64,000 nucleotides of DNA from Deltaproteobacteria bacterium. GTDB lineage: Bacteria > Desulfobacterota > Binatia > Binatales > Binataceae. Position numbers and translations under genes: made by a program. Location of the stretch: positions 766-64,765 of the forward strand of contig JAKAVN010000003.1 of NCBI GenBank assembly GCA_021827495.1. Direction: 5' to 3'. Positions 29,866-39,877 of the stretch are shown piece by piece. Position 1 is the first letter of the stretch. Each line of letters begins with the position of its first letter. Below the pieces are notes generated by a model. The model made no database searches and was not told the origin of the DNA. It was given only the letters and a program-made list of their open reading frames with translations.

Positions 29866-31248
29866 GTGAGTGAGCAAGCTGGGTTGACCTCCTCGGATCG
29901 CGTGGCGGTTGCTTCGCCGCCGCTGCCGCGCCAGATGGCATGGGAGACGGCGGCATCGGCGTGGCATTCGACGCGGTTGTTCGCGTTCGTTCTGGTAGTG
30001 ATCGCGATCGTCGTCGGCGCGCACATGCGCTTCCACCGCTTGGCGCGCTTCGACATGAGTGGTGACGAGGGAGCGTCTTGGGCCGCCGCGTCCGCGCCCA
30101 GCGCGCAGCAGGTGGCTAAGATAGAGCGGCGGCTCGATCCCGGCAAGCTCGCGCTCTATGACGAGATGCTGCACGAATGGATTGGGGTCTTCGGCGACAG
30201 CGTGTTCGCGCTGCGCGCGATGTCGGCCGCCTTGGGAACCATTGCTATAGTTCTGGTCTTCGTCGCCGTGCGTGAGGTCTGCCGTTCGCTGGTTGACGAG
30301 TCGGCTGCCGCGATTGGTGAGCTGGCGGGCGCCTTCGCTGCGCTCCTGTATGCCACCAATCTTGAGATGGTGCTGTCGGACCGCATAGCGAGGATGTATC
30401 CGCTCGTGATGTGCGCGGAGCTTTTGCAGATCACATTTTTTGTTCGCGCCCAGCGTCGCGGTGGGATGTTAAACTACGCCGGTATCGCACTTTTCACAGC
30501 CGCGATGGTCGCCAGTAACTTTACTTCAATATTTCTGATGGCAGCGGAAGCGTTGTGGCTCGGCTGGCTGCCGCTCGCGACGCTCTGGGATGCGCAGTCG
30601 CGACGGCTGGCAGTGCTCCGTCCCGGCTGCGCGCTGGCCGCAGGAATCGCGACCCTTCTGTCTTGGCTGCCCGCCGCGTTTGCTTTATCGCGAGGCGCGG
30701 TGAAAAGGGGCTGGATCGACTGGATCAGGCTACAGCCTATCTCCTGGCCGTACACGACGCTGCGTAACTCGACAGGCGACGATGTGCTGTTCTGGATCTT
30801 TGTGGCGCTCGCCACCTTCGGTGTTTGGCGGCAACGGCGTTCGGCGAGACTGGTTGTGGAGTTCGTCGCTCTGTGGACGGGTGGCCCAATCCTGGCGGTG
30901 ATGGCGGTGACCTATCTCATCCACCCGCTGGAGTTTCCGCGCTACGTACTTATTTCGTTCGTCGGTATGTTCGCCTTCGCCGCGTTGGGCGCCGCATCGC
31001 TGCGCTCCGCCGCGTTGCGCATCGTGCTGGCAATACTTCTCATATCTCTCTCCGTGGGTCCGGTGCATTTCCGGGTGAGGCATTCTGATGCGGCCGCTTG
31101 GCGCGGCGCGACGCTGTTGGCAGTCCAACTAACCACGCGGGGAGAACAGGTCGCGGTAGTCCCACCTTATTGCATCAACGTGGTGCGTTTCTACATGCCG
31201 CCCCAGCGCCGCGCCGCCGCCGTCGGGATGAAGCATAAATGCAGCTAG
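29866..31248 (+). CDS. GT-C fold membrane glycosyltransferase (PMT_2 / ArnT-like), paralog 1, ending at an apparently premature TAG
   Basis: Multi-TM protein with FHRLARFDMSGDEGASW (first-loop DE motif). About 55-60% identical by eye to the next gene. The start could instead be ATG 29935. Confidence 0.75.
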   Translation: MSEQAGLTSSDRVAVASPPLPRQMAWETAASAWHSTRLFAFVLVVIAIVVGAHMRFHRLARFDMSGDEGASWAAASAPSAQQVAKIERRLDPGKLALYDEMLHEWIGVFGDSVFALRAMSAALGTIAIVLVFVAVREVCRSLVDESAAAIGELAGAFAALLYATNLEMVLSDRIARMYPLVMCAELLQITFFVRAQRRGGMLNYAGIALFTAAMVASNFTSIFLMAAEALWLGWLPLATLWDAQSRRLAVLRPGCALAAGIATLLSWLPAAFALSRGAVKRGWIDWIRLQPISWPYTTLRNSTGDDVLFWIFVALATFGVWRQRRSARLVVEFVALWTGGPILAVMAVTYLIHPLEFPRYVLISFVGMFAFAALGAASLRSAALRIVLAILLISLSVGPVHFRVRHSDAAAWRGATLLAVQLTTRGEQVAVVPPYCINVVRFYMPPQRRAAAVGMKHKCS

Positions 31249-31362
31249 GCGCCGGTGTTGATCCTCAGAAGTTTTGCTCCGCCCCAACAGATCGCGGCTG
31301 CGGAGGCGTGCTACCCACAGGTGATCGCGAAACTGACGAAGGTCGAGGTACGTGCGCGCTGA
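31249..31362 (+). other. in-frame continuation after the TAG of GT-C paralog 1, homologous to the C-terminal tail of paralog 2
   Basis: 37 sense codons (APVLILRSFAPPQQIAAAEACYPQVIAKLTKVEVRAR) then TGA at 31360-31362. They align to RAPVLILSGWGIVSNEEIAMAQACYPRVLAHLNRVEVRAR of paralog 2. Confidence 0.7.
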
Positions 31363-32857
31363 GCTTGGAGTGAATTCGGAACGCGTTATCGTCGCTTCGC
31401 CACTGCAGTCGTCGCGCCCAACGATGTGGGACGCGGCACGATCGGCCTGGCGCTCGCCGCGGCTGTTCGCTGCCGTGGTGCTCACGCTCGCGGTCATTCT
31501 TGGCGGCTTCTATCGTTTCCATCGGCTCGCCCGCTGGGACATGAACGGAGATGAGGGAACCGCGTGGGCGGCGGTGGTTAAGCCGACTCTGCGCCAGGTG
31601 GCGGCGACGTTCTGGCTGCTTGAGAATGGCGGCAAGTTCCCGCTCTATGACATTCTGCTGCACGAATGGGTCCGGGTTTTCGGCGACAGCCTGTTCGCGC
31701 TGCGCGCGATGTCGGCCGCGCTGGGCACGATCGCGATCGTGCTGCTGTTCCTCGCGGTGAGCGAAATTTGTCGCTCGCTGGGCGGCGAAGCGTCCGCCGA
31801 AGCAGGCGAGGTGGGCGGCGCGTTCGCCGCTCTTATCTATGCGCTGAACCTCACGATGGTGCTGTCGGACCGCACGGCGCGGGAGTTTCCCTTGCTGACC
31901 GTGGCGGAGCTGGCGCAAATAATTTTTTTCGTGCGCGCGCAACGCCGCGCCACCTGGGTGGACTACCTTGGAATCGCGGTCTTTACCGCGATGATACTCC
32001 CCATCAACTACACCGCGAGTTTCCTGCTGTTCGCCGAAGCGCTATGGCTCGGCGGCCTGCTGCTGGCCAAATGGGCGGGGTCGGCGCGCGCCGGCGCGGC
32101 CGCGATCTTTCGTCCGGGTATCGCGGTGATGGCCGGTATCGCACTGCTTGCGCCGCTGCTGCCTGGGGTGTTCGTCTCTTCACGTGGAGCCATACAGACG
32201 GGCGCAGTCCGCTGGATAAAATTGCAGCCGATCTCTTGGCCGTTCACGGTGCTGCGCGACGTGGCCGGCAGGCCCGCGCTGTTCCGGATCTTTGCCGCCT
32301 TGATCGCATTCGGCGTATGGCGGCAATGGCGCTCGGCGCGCCTGGCCTCGGGATTTCTGGCGGCCTGGATGCTGGGGCCGGTGCTGGCGGTATTCCTGGT
32401 GACCTACCTGATCGAGCCGATGGAATTTCCACGCTACGTGCTGATCGCTTTCGTCGGCATGTTCGCCTTTGCCGGTTTCGGCGCGGGCGCTGTGCGCAGC
32501 ACCGCCGTGCGCATCCTGCTCGCCGTGCTGATCGTGCACCTGTCGGCGCCGGTGTTACACAACTCGCTCAAGGTCTTGCGCGAGGGCGCCTGGCGCGAAG
32601 CGACCGCCGTGGCCGACCAGGCCGCGGCCGGCGATCAAATCGCGGTCTGCCCGTCGTTCAAGCTGAGCGTGGTGCGCTTCTATCTGCCGCCCGAGCGCCG
32701 CGCCGCCGCCGTCGGGATGGAGGATAAGTGCAGCCGGGCGCCGGTGTTGATCCTCAGCGGATGGGGGATTGTCTCGAATGAAGAGATCGCAATGGCGCAG
32801 GCGTGTTACCCGCGCGTGCTCGCACACCTCAACCGGGTTGAGGTACGCGCGCGCTGA
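31352..32857 (+). CDS. GT-C fold membrane glycosyltransferase (PMT_2 / ArnT-like), paralog 2
   Basis: FHRLARWDMNGDEGTAW motif and a multi-TM body. Start is uncertain: GTG 31352 from the track or ATG 31424. Confidence 0.8.
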   Translation: MRAELGVNSERVIVASPLQSSRPTMWDAARSAWRSPRLFAAVVLTLAVILGGFYRFHRLARWDMNGDEGTAWAAVVKPTLRQVAATFWLLENGGKFPLYDILLHEWVRVFGDSLFALRAMSAALGTIAIVLLFLAVSEICRSLGGEASAEAGEVGGAFAALIYALNLTMVLSDRTAREFPLLTVAELAQIIFFVRAQRRATWVDYLGIAVFTAMILPINYTASFLLFAEALWLGGLLLAKWAGSARAGAAAIFRPGIAVMAGIALLAPLLPGVFVSSRGAIQTGAVRWIKLQPISWPFTVLRDVAGRPALFRIFAALIAFGVWRQWRSARLASGFLAAWMLGPVLAVFLVTYLIEPMEFPRYVLIAFVGMFAFAGFGAGAVRSTAVRILLAVLIVHLSAPVLHNSLKVLREGAWREATAVADQAAAGDQIAVCPSFKLSVVRFYLPPERRAAAVGMEDKCSRAPVLILSGWGIVSNEEIAMAQACYPRVLAHLNRVEVRAR

Positions 32858-32914
32858 ACTCGCGGCTCGCCGCGGGCGGACTTTCATTCCGTGAGCGAGA
32901 TCGAGGGGCCTTAT

Positions 32915-33733
32915 TCACCCGCGCTTCGCTGGACCAGGCCGGGAGCGCGGCGCGGCAGCCGTATCGTAGCGGGCAAGCTTGCACAGCCGCTCGTAGAGCC
33001 GGACCATCCGGCGCGGCACCGCGGCGCCCGCCCGCGAGCGGTTAAGCTCGGCCGCCGCGAACCCGCGATCGATTCTGACCCCGAGCCGGCGCTCCAGTTC
33101 CGCGTCCGCCGAATGATCGAGCAACTGGTCGTAATGGACGAAGAGCCAGTCGCCACCCTGCGCATAATGCACGTCCAGGATGCGGCGGTACATCGCCTCC
33201 CACACCTTGAGCCCCCAGCGCGCATCGACCGCCAGATTTTTCATGTAGCCGGCGCTGCCGCACTCGCGGACGATGCTCGACGCGGTGACGCTGGGGCCGC
33301 GGAAGACGCACAGCAACAGCGCGTCACCGATATGGGGCCGCCACGCCGGCAGGGTATACGACAAGCGCGGGTCCTTGAGACAGAACGGCTGATGCGCGGT
33401 CACCGCCGCGATCCGCTTGCTCATCGCGGGCGGGCACGGAATCGACACGCCGGGGCGCAGCACCGCGACCCAGTGCTGCAAATCGCCGAGCACCGGAACC
33501 TCGCCGAAGAGCAACCTGCGCAGCGCGTGCGGCGGCGACTTCGCTGACACGGACGCGATCAGCTCGTCGTTGATCTGGTTGACCTCGCGGTCTTCGAACT
33601 GGCCCTTGGGATTGCCCTCGTTGGCCGGCCAAATCTCTTCGCCCATGAAATAGCCGGCCTGGGCCAGGAGTCCGGCCGTCATGCTGGTGCCGCTGCGGCC
33701 CGAGCCCAGGATCAGGCAGTTGCGCTGCTTCAT
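32915..33733 (-). CDS. sulfotransferase family protein (A)
   Basis: P-loop-like 5'-PSB LILGSGRSGTSM and CLKDPRLSYTL (3'-PB-like); 272 aa. Confidence 0.8.
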   Translation of the reverse strand: MKQRNCLILGSGRSGTSMTAGLLAQAGYFMGEEIWPANEGNPKGQFEDREVNQINDELIASVSAKSPPHALRRLLFGEVPVLGDLQHWVAVLRPGVSIPCPPAMSKRIAAVTAHQPFCLKDPRLSYTLPAWRPHIGDALLLCVFRGPSVTASSIVRECGSAGYMKNLAVDARWGLKVWEAMYRRILDVHYAQGGDWLFVHYDQLLDHSADAELERRLGVRIDRGFAAAELNRSRAGAAVPRRMVRLYERLCKLARYDTAAAPRSRPGPAKRG

Positions 33734-33742
33734 CGCGCGACC

Positions 33743-34843
33743 CTAATAGAGCGCGAGCGGCGCTCGGCCGGCGAGCAATTCTTCGGCGAAGCCGGCATGG
33801 CTTGGTGGCGGGGGCGGGATCTCGAGCAGGCCCCTGCGGCGCATCGCTTCAAGCGCCGCTCGATGCGGCATCAGCGAGTACCACGCCCTAAGCACATCAT
33901 GGCGATCTACGGCCGGAGCCTTCCCGTTGGAAACTGAGGCCGGCCCGTTTCTAAAAATCGCGCGAAGCTGATGGCGCAGGCCCGGTGGTGTGAGGCCGGG
34001 CTGATAGCGCAGCACGCAGAACAACGCGCGCCGCGCCTCGCGCATCTCGCCCGCTTCCAGGCAGCGCAAGCCCTTGACCGTCAACAACCAGCGGTACAGC
34101 GCCGCGCAGCGCCGCGCCAGCTTGTCGCCCGGCTCGCCGTAGCGCTTGCGCACGCGCTCGGCGAACACGCCAAAGCCGGGCGCGTACTTGCGCATCCGTT
34201 CGACCAACGGCGTCAGCCGGTAGCGCACCAGTGGTTCGGGCACAAAGGCGAAGTCGCCCAGCTCGCGCAATAAAAACCACAACTCCGCGTCGTCGAAGCC
34301 GCCGGCGCCCCGAAATTTCTCCGTTTGGCCGCCGACCCGGTTGAAGGCCCAGCGATGGATGGTCACGGTGCTGGGCAGAATCGGCCACCATCCCTCCTCC
34401 AGCAGGTCTTCCATCAGCGGCGGCCGCGCCATGCCGGGATGCAAATAGGTCGGCGCCAGCGTGGCGCCGTTGTCGTCGACCGGCACCACGTCGGAAAACG
34501 CCAGGGTCGTGGTCGGATGGCTTTGCAGGGCCTCCACCGTTTTGCTCAGGCGTTCCGGCAGCCATACGTCGTCGGCATCCAGAAAGGCCAGGTAGCGGCC
34601 CTGCGCGCGGTCGACGGCGCGGTTGCGCGCCGCGGCGAGCCCGCGATTTCTCTTGCGGCGGATCACCCTGATGCGGTCGCCGTAGCGGGCCAGCACGCGG
34701 GGCGTGGAGTCGCGCGAGGCGTCGTCGACGACGATCAACTCGAAGCTCTCGAATTGCTGCGCGAGCACGCTGTCGATCGCGCGTGCGACGTACCGCTCGC
34801 CGTTGTAAACAGCGATTATCGCCGAGACCAGTGGCGCCGCCAT
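33743..34843 (-). CDS. family 2 glycosyltransferase
   Basis: SAIIAVYNGERYV, LIVVDDASRD, NRGLAAARN, FLDADD. Confidence 0.85.
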   Translation of the reverse strand: MAAPLVSAIIAVYNGERYVARAIDSVLAQQFESFELIVVDDASRDSTPRVLARYGDRIRVIRRKRNRGLAAARNRAVDRAQGRYLAFLDADDVWLPERLSKTVEALQSHPTTTLAFSDVVPVDDNGATLAPTYLHPGMARPPLMEDLLEEGWWPILPSTVTIHRWAFNRVGGQTEKFRGAGGFDDAELWFLLRELGDFAFVPEPLVRYRLTPLVERMRKYAPGFGVFAERVRKRYGEPGDKLARRCAALYRWLLTVKGLRCLEAGEMREARRALFCVLRYQPGLTPPGLRHQLRAIFRNGPASVSNGKAPAVDRHDVLRAWYSLMPHRAALEAMRRRGLLEIPPPPPSHAGFAEELLAGRAPLALY

Positions 34844-34867
34844 CTCAAGCCGACGAACCCGGACGCG

Positions 34868-36745
34868 CTAGCTGTTCACCGCGCCGCGCGCGGGCTCTTC
34901 GCCGTCTTCGGGCATGTAGAATTGCAGGTCGCACAGCTTGCGATACGCGCCGTCGCGCGCGAGCAGTTCGTCGTGCGTGCCCTCTTCTACGATCTCGCCG
35001 CTGACGATCACGAAGATGCGGTCGACGCGGCGCACGGTGGAAAGCCGATGCGCGATCGTCAGAGTGGTCCGGTTCTCCATCAGCCGCTCAATCGCGTCCT
35101 GGACCACACGCTCGCCCTCGGAGTCGAGGTTCGAGGTCGGCTCGTCGAGGATCAGGATCGGCGCGTTCTTGAGCAGCGCCCGCGCGATCGCAAGCCGCTG
35201 GCGCTCGCCGCCCGACAGCCGCACCCCGAGCTCGCCCACCAGGGTGTCGTAGCCGTTGGGCAGGCGCGTGATGAAGTCGTGGGCGTTGGCGGCCTTGGCG
35301 GCGGCCACAATCTCGTCGAAGTTCCTGGTTCCGCTGCCGTAGGCGATATTGGCGCGCACCGTGTCGTTGAACAGAAAAGTGTGCTGCGAGACCAGCCCGA
35401 TCTGCGAGCGCAACGATTTGAGCGAATAGCGCCGGGCGTCGACTCCGTCGACCAGCATCGCGCCCTGCTCGGGATCATAGAAGCGGAGGATCAGGTCCGA
35501 GAGCGTCGATTTGCCGCCGCCGCTCATCCCCACCAGCGCCACGGTCTGGCCCGCGCCGATCTTGAGGTTGATGTTGCGCAGCACCCACTCGCCCTGCGGA
35601 TTGTAGCGGAAGTTGACCTTGCGGAACTCGATGTCGTGCGGGCCGGGCTTGAGTTCGATTGAGCCCGGCGCGTCATAGATCTCGGGCGGATGATCGATTA
35701 TCGCGAAGACGCGCTCGGCCGACACCAGCCCCTGCTGGATCGAGTTGTTGGTGCCCGCGATGGTCTTGAACGGCCGGTAGATGATCAGCATCGCGCCGAT
35801 GAAGGCCGCAAACGTGCCGGGCGTGCGGCTTCCCGCGAGCACGGCGGTGACCCCGTACCACAGCACCGCGACGACTCCGAACGCTCCCAGGACTTCGATC
35901 ACCGGGCTGCTGACGGCGCCGACGCGCAGCACACGGCGCAGGATGCGAAGCTGGCGGCCGAGCTGGGTGCGGAAGCGTTCGCACTCGTATTCCTCCATCC
36001 CGAACGCCTTGACCACGCGGCATCCCTGCACCGCCTCCTGCATCAGCACCGAGAGGTCGCTCAGTTTTTTCTGTGCCTCCTTGGACATCTTGCGCACGCG
36101 CTTGGCGATCCCGATGATCGGCAGGACCGCGACCGGAAACACCACGAACGCCAGGATCGCGAACTGCCAGTCCATGTAGAACAGGCCGCCCACCAAGGCG
36201 ATCAGGGTGAAGCTCTGGCCGACCAGCGAGAAGAGCGTGTTGGTGATGATCGAGGAAGCGAGCTGCACATCGCTCAGCGCGCGCGTGAGCAGGCCGCCGG
36301 TCGGCGTCCAGTTGAAAAACGAGAGCGGCAGGCGCTGCAGGCGGTCGTTGAACTCGCTCCGCAGGTCCATCGCCGTCTTCATCCCGATATAGCTGGTCAG
36401 GAAACTGGCGGCGAAGTCGCTCAGCGCGCGCACCACGAATACGCAGAGGATTTCGAGGCTCAGAATATGCAGCCGGTGTACCGCGTGGCCTGAAAGGCCG
36501 GTTGTCCCCTTAAGCGCGGTCAGGGCGTTGATCGTCTCCTTGATGAGGTAGGGGATCGCGCCGTTGGCGGCCCCGAGCGCCAGCATCGCGGCGACCGCCA
36601 TCACCAGATCGGGAAACAGATACGGCCGCGCATAGCGCAGCAGGCGCAGGTAGGTGTTCATGTACCGGCTGGCGTCCTGCTCGCCCGCCACCGGGCGCCA
36701 CCACAGCAAGGTCTCGCTGATCGTGCGCCACAACTTGGTGCTCAT
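34868..36745 (-). CDS. ABC exporter, fused permease/ATPase (MsbA-like)
   Basis: Six-TM domain, Walker [10 protein letters not shown], signature LSGGERQR, Walker [13 protein letters not shown]. Confidence 0.9.
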   Translation of the reverse strand: MSTKLWRTISETLLWWRPVAGEQDASRYMNTYLRLLRYARPYLFPDLVMAVAAMLALGAANGAIPYLIKETINALTALKGTTGLSGHAVHRLHILSLEILCVFVVRALSDFAASFLTSYIGMKTAMDLRSEFNDRLQRLPLSFFNWTPTGGLLTRALSDVQLASSIITNTLFSLVGQSFTLIALVGGLFYMDWQFAILAFVVFPVAVLPIIGIAKRVRKMSKEAQKKLSDLSVLMQEAVQGCRVVKAFGMEEYECERFRTQLGRQLRILRRVLRVGAVSSPVIEVLGAFGVVAVLWYGVTAVLAGSRTPGTFAAFIGAMLIIYRPFKTIAGTNNSIQQGLVSAERVFAIIDHPPEIYDAPGSIELKPGPHDIEFRKVNFRYNPQGEWVLRNINLKIGAGQTVALVGMSGGGKSTLSDLILRFYDPEQGAMLVDGVDARRYSLKSLRSQIGLVSQHTFLFNDTVRANIAYGSGTRNFDEIVAAAKAANAHDFITRLPNGYDTLVGELGVRLSGGERQRLAIARALLKNAPILILDEPTSNLDSEGERVVQDAIERLMENRTTLTIAHRLSTVRRVDRIFVIVSGEIVEEGTHDELLARDGAYRKLCDLQFYMPEDGEEPARGAVNS

Positions 36746-36868
36746 CGGTTCCTTGCGCGCCGCTCGTGGCGCGACTTTACGGCTTCGCCCGCGCGCTCCG
36801 CCCGGAGGGCGCGCGGCCTGCGATCACTTTGATACATCGTGGCCCGGTCCGAAACCGGGCATTTCAGT

Positions 36869-37831
36869 CTAGCGGAAATAGTTCTCAAGCTCAGGCTTCG
36901 TGCGGCCGCCGCGGACGATACGCCCGCTGAGCGCGCGCACCATCGTCATCGGCAGGAACGTGCGCAGCCAGCGCGATGCGGCGCGAAGCTGAAACGGCCC
37001 ATAGCGCATCGCACAGGCGAACGCCTGTCGCGCGCGCAGCTTGTCGCCGTCGCGCAAGGCGACCAGTCCCGCATAGCCCCAGGCCGAGACGAAGGCATTG
37101 CTGGACTCGCGGATGAGCCGCTGGCCGGCCGCGCCGTAACGCTCCGACACCAGCCGCCCGAAAATCCGGTAGCCCTTGGCGTACTTCAACATCCGCTCCA
37201 TCGGCGGAGTGGTGCGATACCTCACCAGGCGCTGCGGCACGTAAGCGAAATCGCCCTGCTCGCGCATCACCAGCCACATGTACGGGTCCTCGAAGCCGGG
37301 CCTGGTGAAGCTCTCGTCAAACCCGCCCGCGCGCTCAAACGCGCTGCGGCGCATCACCGCCGCGCTGGTCAGAATTGGCCACCATCGCGTCAGCAGCTCC
37401 TCCATCGAGGGCGCGTGCGCGGAGCACTCGTCGATGAACTTGACGTCGAGCTCGTGATCGTAGTCGTCCACCGGGACAATGTCGCAAAACGCAAGCGACA
37501 GCGTCCGGGCCGCATCCAACTCGGCCGTCATGGTCTTGAGCATCGCCGGCAGCAACACATCGTCGGCATCGAGGAAGGTGAAGTACCCGGACTCTAGGCT
37601 GGCGGCTGCAGCGCCGGCGTTGCGCGCGGCGGAGGGGCCGCGGTTACGCTGGCGCACGACCTTTATCTGGCCGCCGTAAGAGCCCAGGATGCGAGGCGTC
37701 GCATCGGTCGAACCGTCGTCGACCACGATCACCTCGGGCCGTTCGCCCTCCTGCCCGAGCGCGCTGTCGATGGTTCGCCGGATGGTGGCGACGCCATTGC
37801 GCACCGGGATAATAACTGAGACTCGGCTCAT
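36869..37831 (-). CDS. family 2 glycosyltransferase (paralog of 33743..34843)
   Basis: Track ORF trimmed to ATG 37829-37831. VSVIIPVRNG, VIVVDDGSTD, NRGPSAARN, FLDADD. The C-terminal half parallels the other GT2 (WWPIL ... GDFAYVPQRLVRYR). Confidence 0.85.
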   Translation of the reverse strand: MSRVSVIIPVRNGVATIRRTIDSALGQEGERPEVIVVDDGSTDATPRILGSYGGQIKVVRQRNRGPSAARNAGAAAASLESGYFTFLDADDVLLPAMLKTMTAELDAARTLSLAFCDIVPVDDYDHELDVKFIDECSAHAPSMEELLTRWWPILTSAAVMRRSAFERAGGFDESFTRPGFEDPYMWLVMREQGDFAYVPQRLVRYRTTPPMERMLKYAKGYRIFGRLVSERYGAAGQRLIRESSNAFVSAWGYAGLVALRDGDKLRARQAFACAMRYGPFQLRAASRWLRTFLPMTMVRALSGRIVRGGRTKPELENYFR

Positions 37832-37904
37832 AGCCACATAATTATCATTTCGACGCGGTTGCAACCAATAACGCGCGTCGGCGCCAAAACGACGCTATTT
37901 TCCC

Positions 37905-38786
37905 TCAAAGCCGTGCCGCCAATCGCTCGCCGCCCTTGGACGATGGCAACTTCCAGGCCGACAAGTCGCGCCCGAGGACCGATTCAAGATCCTCGATTTC
38001 AGGCAGCAGCAGCTCTCTCAAGCGCCTGTCAACTGCTGAGTCAAGCGGCGGGTAGGGCTTTCCACCGGTGAAAAAGAGATTCCACAGGGGCGATCCCGCT
38101 TCGAGCAGTCGAGCGAGCCGCCACCGCCGCCGGATGAGTAGGTCGCGGACCTTGCGTATCTGGCGCGCCAGCATCATGCTGCGGGGCTCCTCCTCTGAGC
38201 GATTTACCGGATCGGCGGCGCGCGGCGATCCGCTCAAATCGATGCGCGGGATTCCGATAAAGCCGCATATCGAGTTGATGTAGGCTTGCGGATCGGCTCG
38301 CAGATCGTCGTACAGCGTCACCAGGACATTGCTTGCGTCGAACATGCTCAGCCAGGCGCGGAGATTCGACGCGTAGCTGGCTGACGCCGCCAGCCGGGTA
38401 CGCTGCGCTTCGTAGTCAAAGGGCCCTTCCACAAGTCCGGCCCGACGCCATGCCTTGTACTGCGAGTAAACACGCTCAATCGGGTCGCGCAAAGAGCAAA
38501 TAATGCGGCACTCGGGGATGATTTCAGCTATGCGCGTACGCGCTTGCGGATGATCAAAGTAGGTGGGCGCGATTTCGCCGAGCGGGAGGTGAGGGGAAGC
38601 CTCGCGGAAGTATGAGAGATACCATTCCAGGCCCAGTTCGTAATTCCACGCAAAGAATTGTGTCTCCTTGATTCCAGACGGTAGGCCGACGTGCCCCGTC
38701 AGAACGCCATGCAGCCAAGTGGTGCCGGTGCGTGGCGGTCCGACCGCGAGAAAGTCGGGCAGTCGTCCCTTCATCGAGGGCAACAT
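37905..38786 (-). CDS. sulfotransferase (B)
   Basis: Track ORF 37905..39488 trimmed to ATG 38784-38786. 5'-PSB VGPPRTGTTWL and 3'-PB SLRDPIERVYSQY. Confidence 0.85.
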   Translation of the reverse strand: MLPSMKGRLPDFLAVGPPRTGTTWLHGVLTGHVGLPSGIKETQFFAWNYELGLEWYLSYFREASPHLPLGEIAPTYFDHPQARTRIAEIIPECRIICSLRDPIERVYSQYKAWRRAGLVEGPFDYEAQRTRLAASASYASNLRAWLSMFDASNVLVTLYDDLRADPQAYINSICGFIGIPRIDLSGSPRAADPVNRSEEEPRSMMLARQIRKVRDLLIRRRWRLARLLEAGSPLWNLFFTGGKPYPPLDSAVDRRLRELLLPEIEDLESVLGRDLSAWKLPSSKGGERLAARL

Positions 38787-38881
38787 TGTAACGTCTTGAG
38801 CCGCCAAATCATACCACCGCCGCGCCGCGCGGCCGTGAAGCCACATGATGAAAAGTGCATCTACGGAAAATCCCCAAAGTG

Positions 38882-39787
38882 TTACATTTCGGCGACTGCG
38901 GAACGCTCCGCGCCACCCGGCCTTTTCCACGCCGACAGGTCGCGCCCCAGCATCTCTTCGAGCGCTTCGACCTCGGGCCGGAAGCGCTCGCGCAAGCGCC
39001 GATCTAGCGCGGGATCGAGCGGACCGAATTCGCCGCCGCCGCGGAAGCTGAAGCGCCATAGGCCGGCCTTGCGCAGCAGCGTGATCGCGGCCCCGGCCTT
39101 GCGCTCCTGGAGCCATCGCCGCAGCCGCCAGGCCTGCTCGGCGAGCAACGCGATGCGCGGGCCGCGCGTGACGCTGTTGACCCGCTTGCCCAGCAGCGGT
39201 GAGCCCGCAAGCGCGATCGGCGCGATCCCGATGAAACCGCAGATCGCATCCAGGAAGCGCTGTGGCTCGCTCTCCAGATCGTCGTAAAGCGCCACCAGCA
39301 CGCGCTCGGCGCCGAACCATTCGCGCCAGCGGCCAAGATAGTGCGCGTAGCGGCTGGCCTCGGTCGCCGGCGTATCGCCTTGCGCCAGTTCCGCCATCGT
39401 CGCCCGCGTCCATCCGTTGTGCCGCATCAGGCGGTAAAACGAGTACAGCCGCTCTACCGGGTCGCGCAGCGTGCAGACGATGCGGCATCCCGGAATATGG
39501 CTTGCGATCCGCTCGGGCGCCTGGGGCGCGGCGAAGTAGTTGGGCGAAATCTCGCCCATCGGGAGAGCCGGCGCGCAGTCGCGGAAGAACTCCAGGTACC
39601 AGTCCAGCCCCTTGGCGTAGTGGGCCGAGAAGAAGTCGGTCTCCTTGGTCTCGCGCGGCAGCCCGACGTGGCCGCCCAGCGCGCGGTAGAGCCAGGTGGT
39701 GCCGGTGCGCGGCGGACCGATGGCGATAAAGCCGGGCAGGCGCAGATCCGCCGCCTGTTTGGGAGTCGCAGCCACGCCGGGTTCCAT
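38882..39787 (-). CDS. sulfotransferase (C), paralog of B
   Basis: IGPPRTGTTWL and TLRDPVERLYSFY. Collinear with B to the C-terminus (MLGRDLSAWK). Confidence 0.85.
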   Translation of the reverse strand: MEPGVAATPKQAADLRLPGFIAIGPPRTGTTWLYRALGGHVGLPRETKETDFFSAHYAKGLDWYLEFFRDCAPALPMGEISPNYFAAPQAPERIASHIPGCRIVCTLRDPVERLYSFYRLMRHNGWTRATMAELAQGDTPATEASRYAHYLGRWREWFGAERVLVALYDDLESEPQRFLDAICGFIGIAPIALAGSPLLGKRVNSVTRGPRIALLAEQAWRLRRWLQERKAGAAITLLRKAGLWRFSFRGGGEFGPLDPALDRRLRERFRPEVEALEEMLGRDLSAWKRPGGAERSAVAEM

Positions 39788-39877
39788 TAATTCATCGGGT
39801 TTCTAAGCGCCCACCGCATCAGTCCGGTAGCGGGAGCCGAGCCCGCATCGGAGGGGGCGGCTTAAGTCCCGGCCAAT

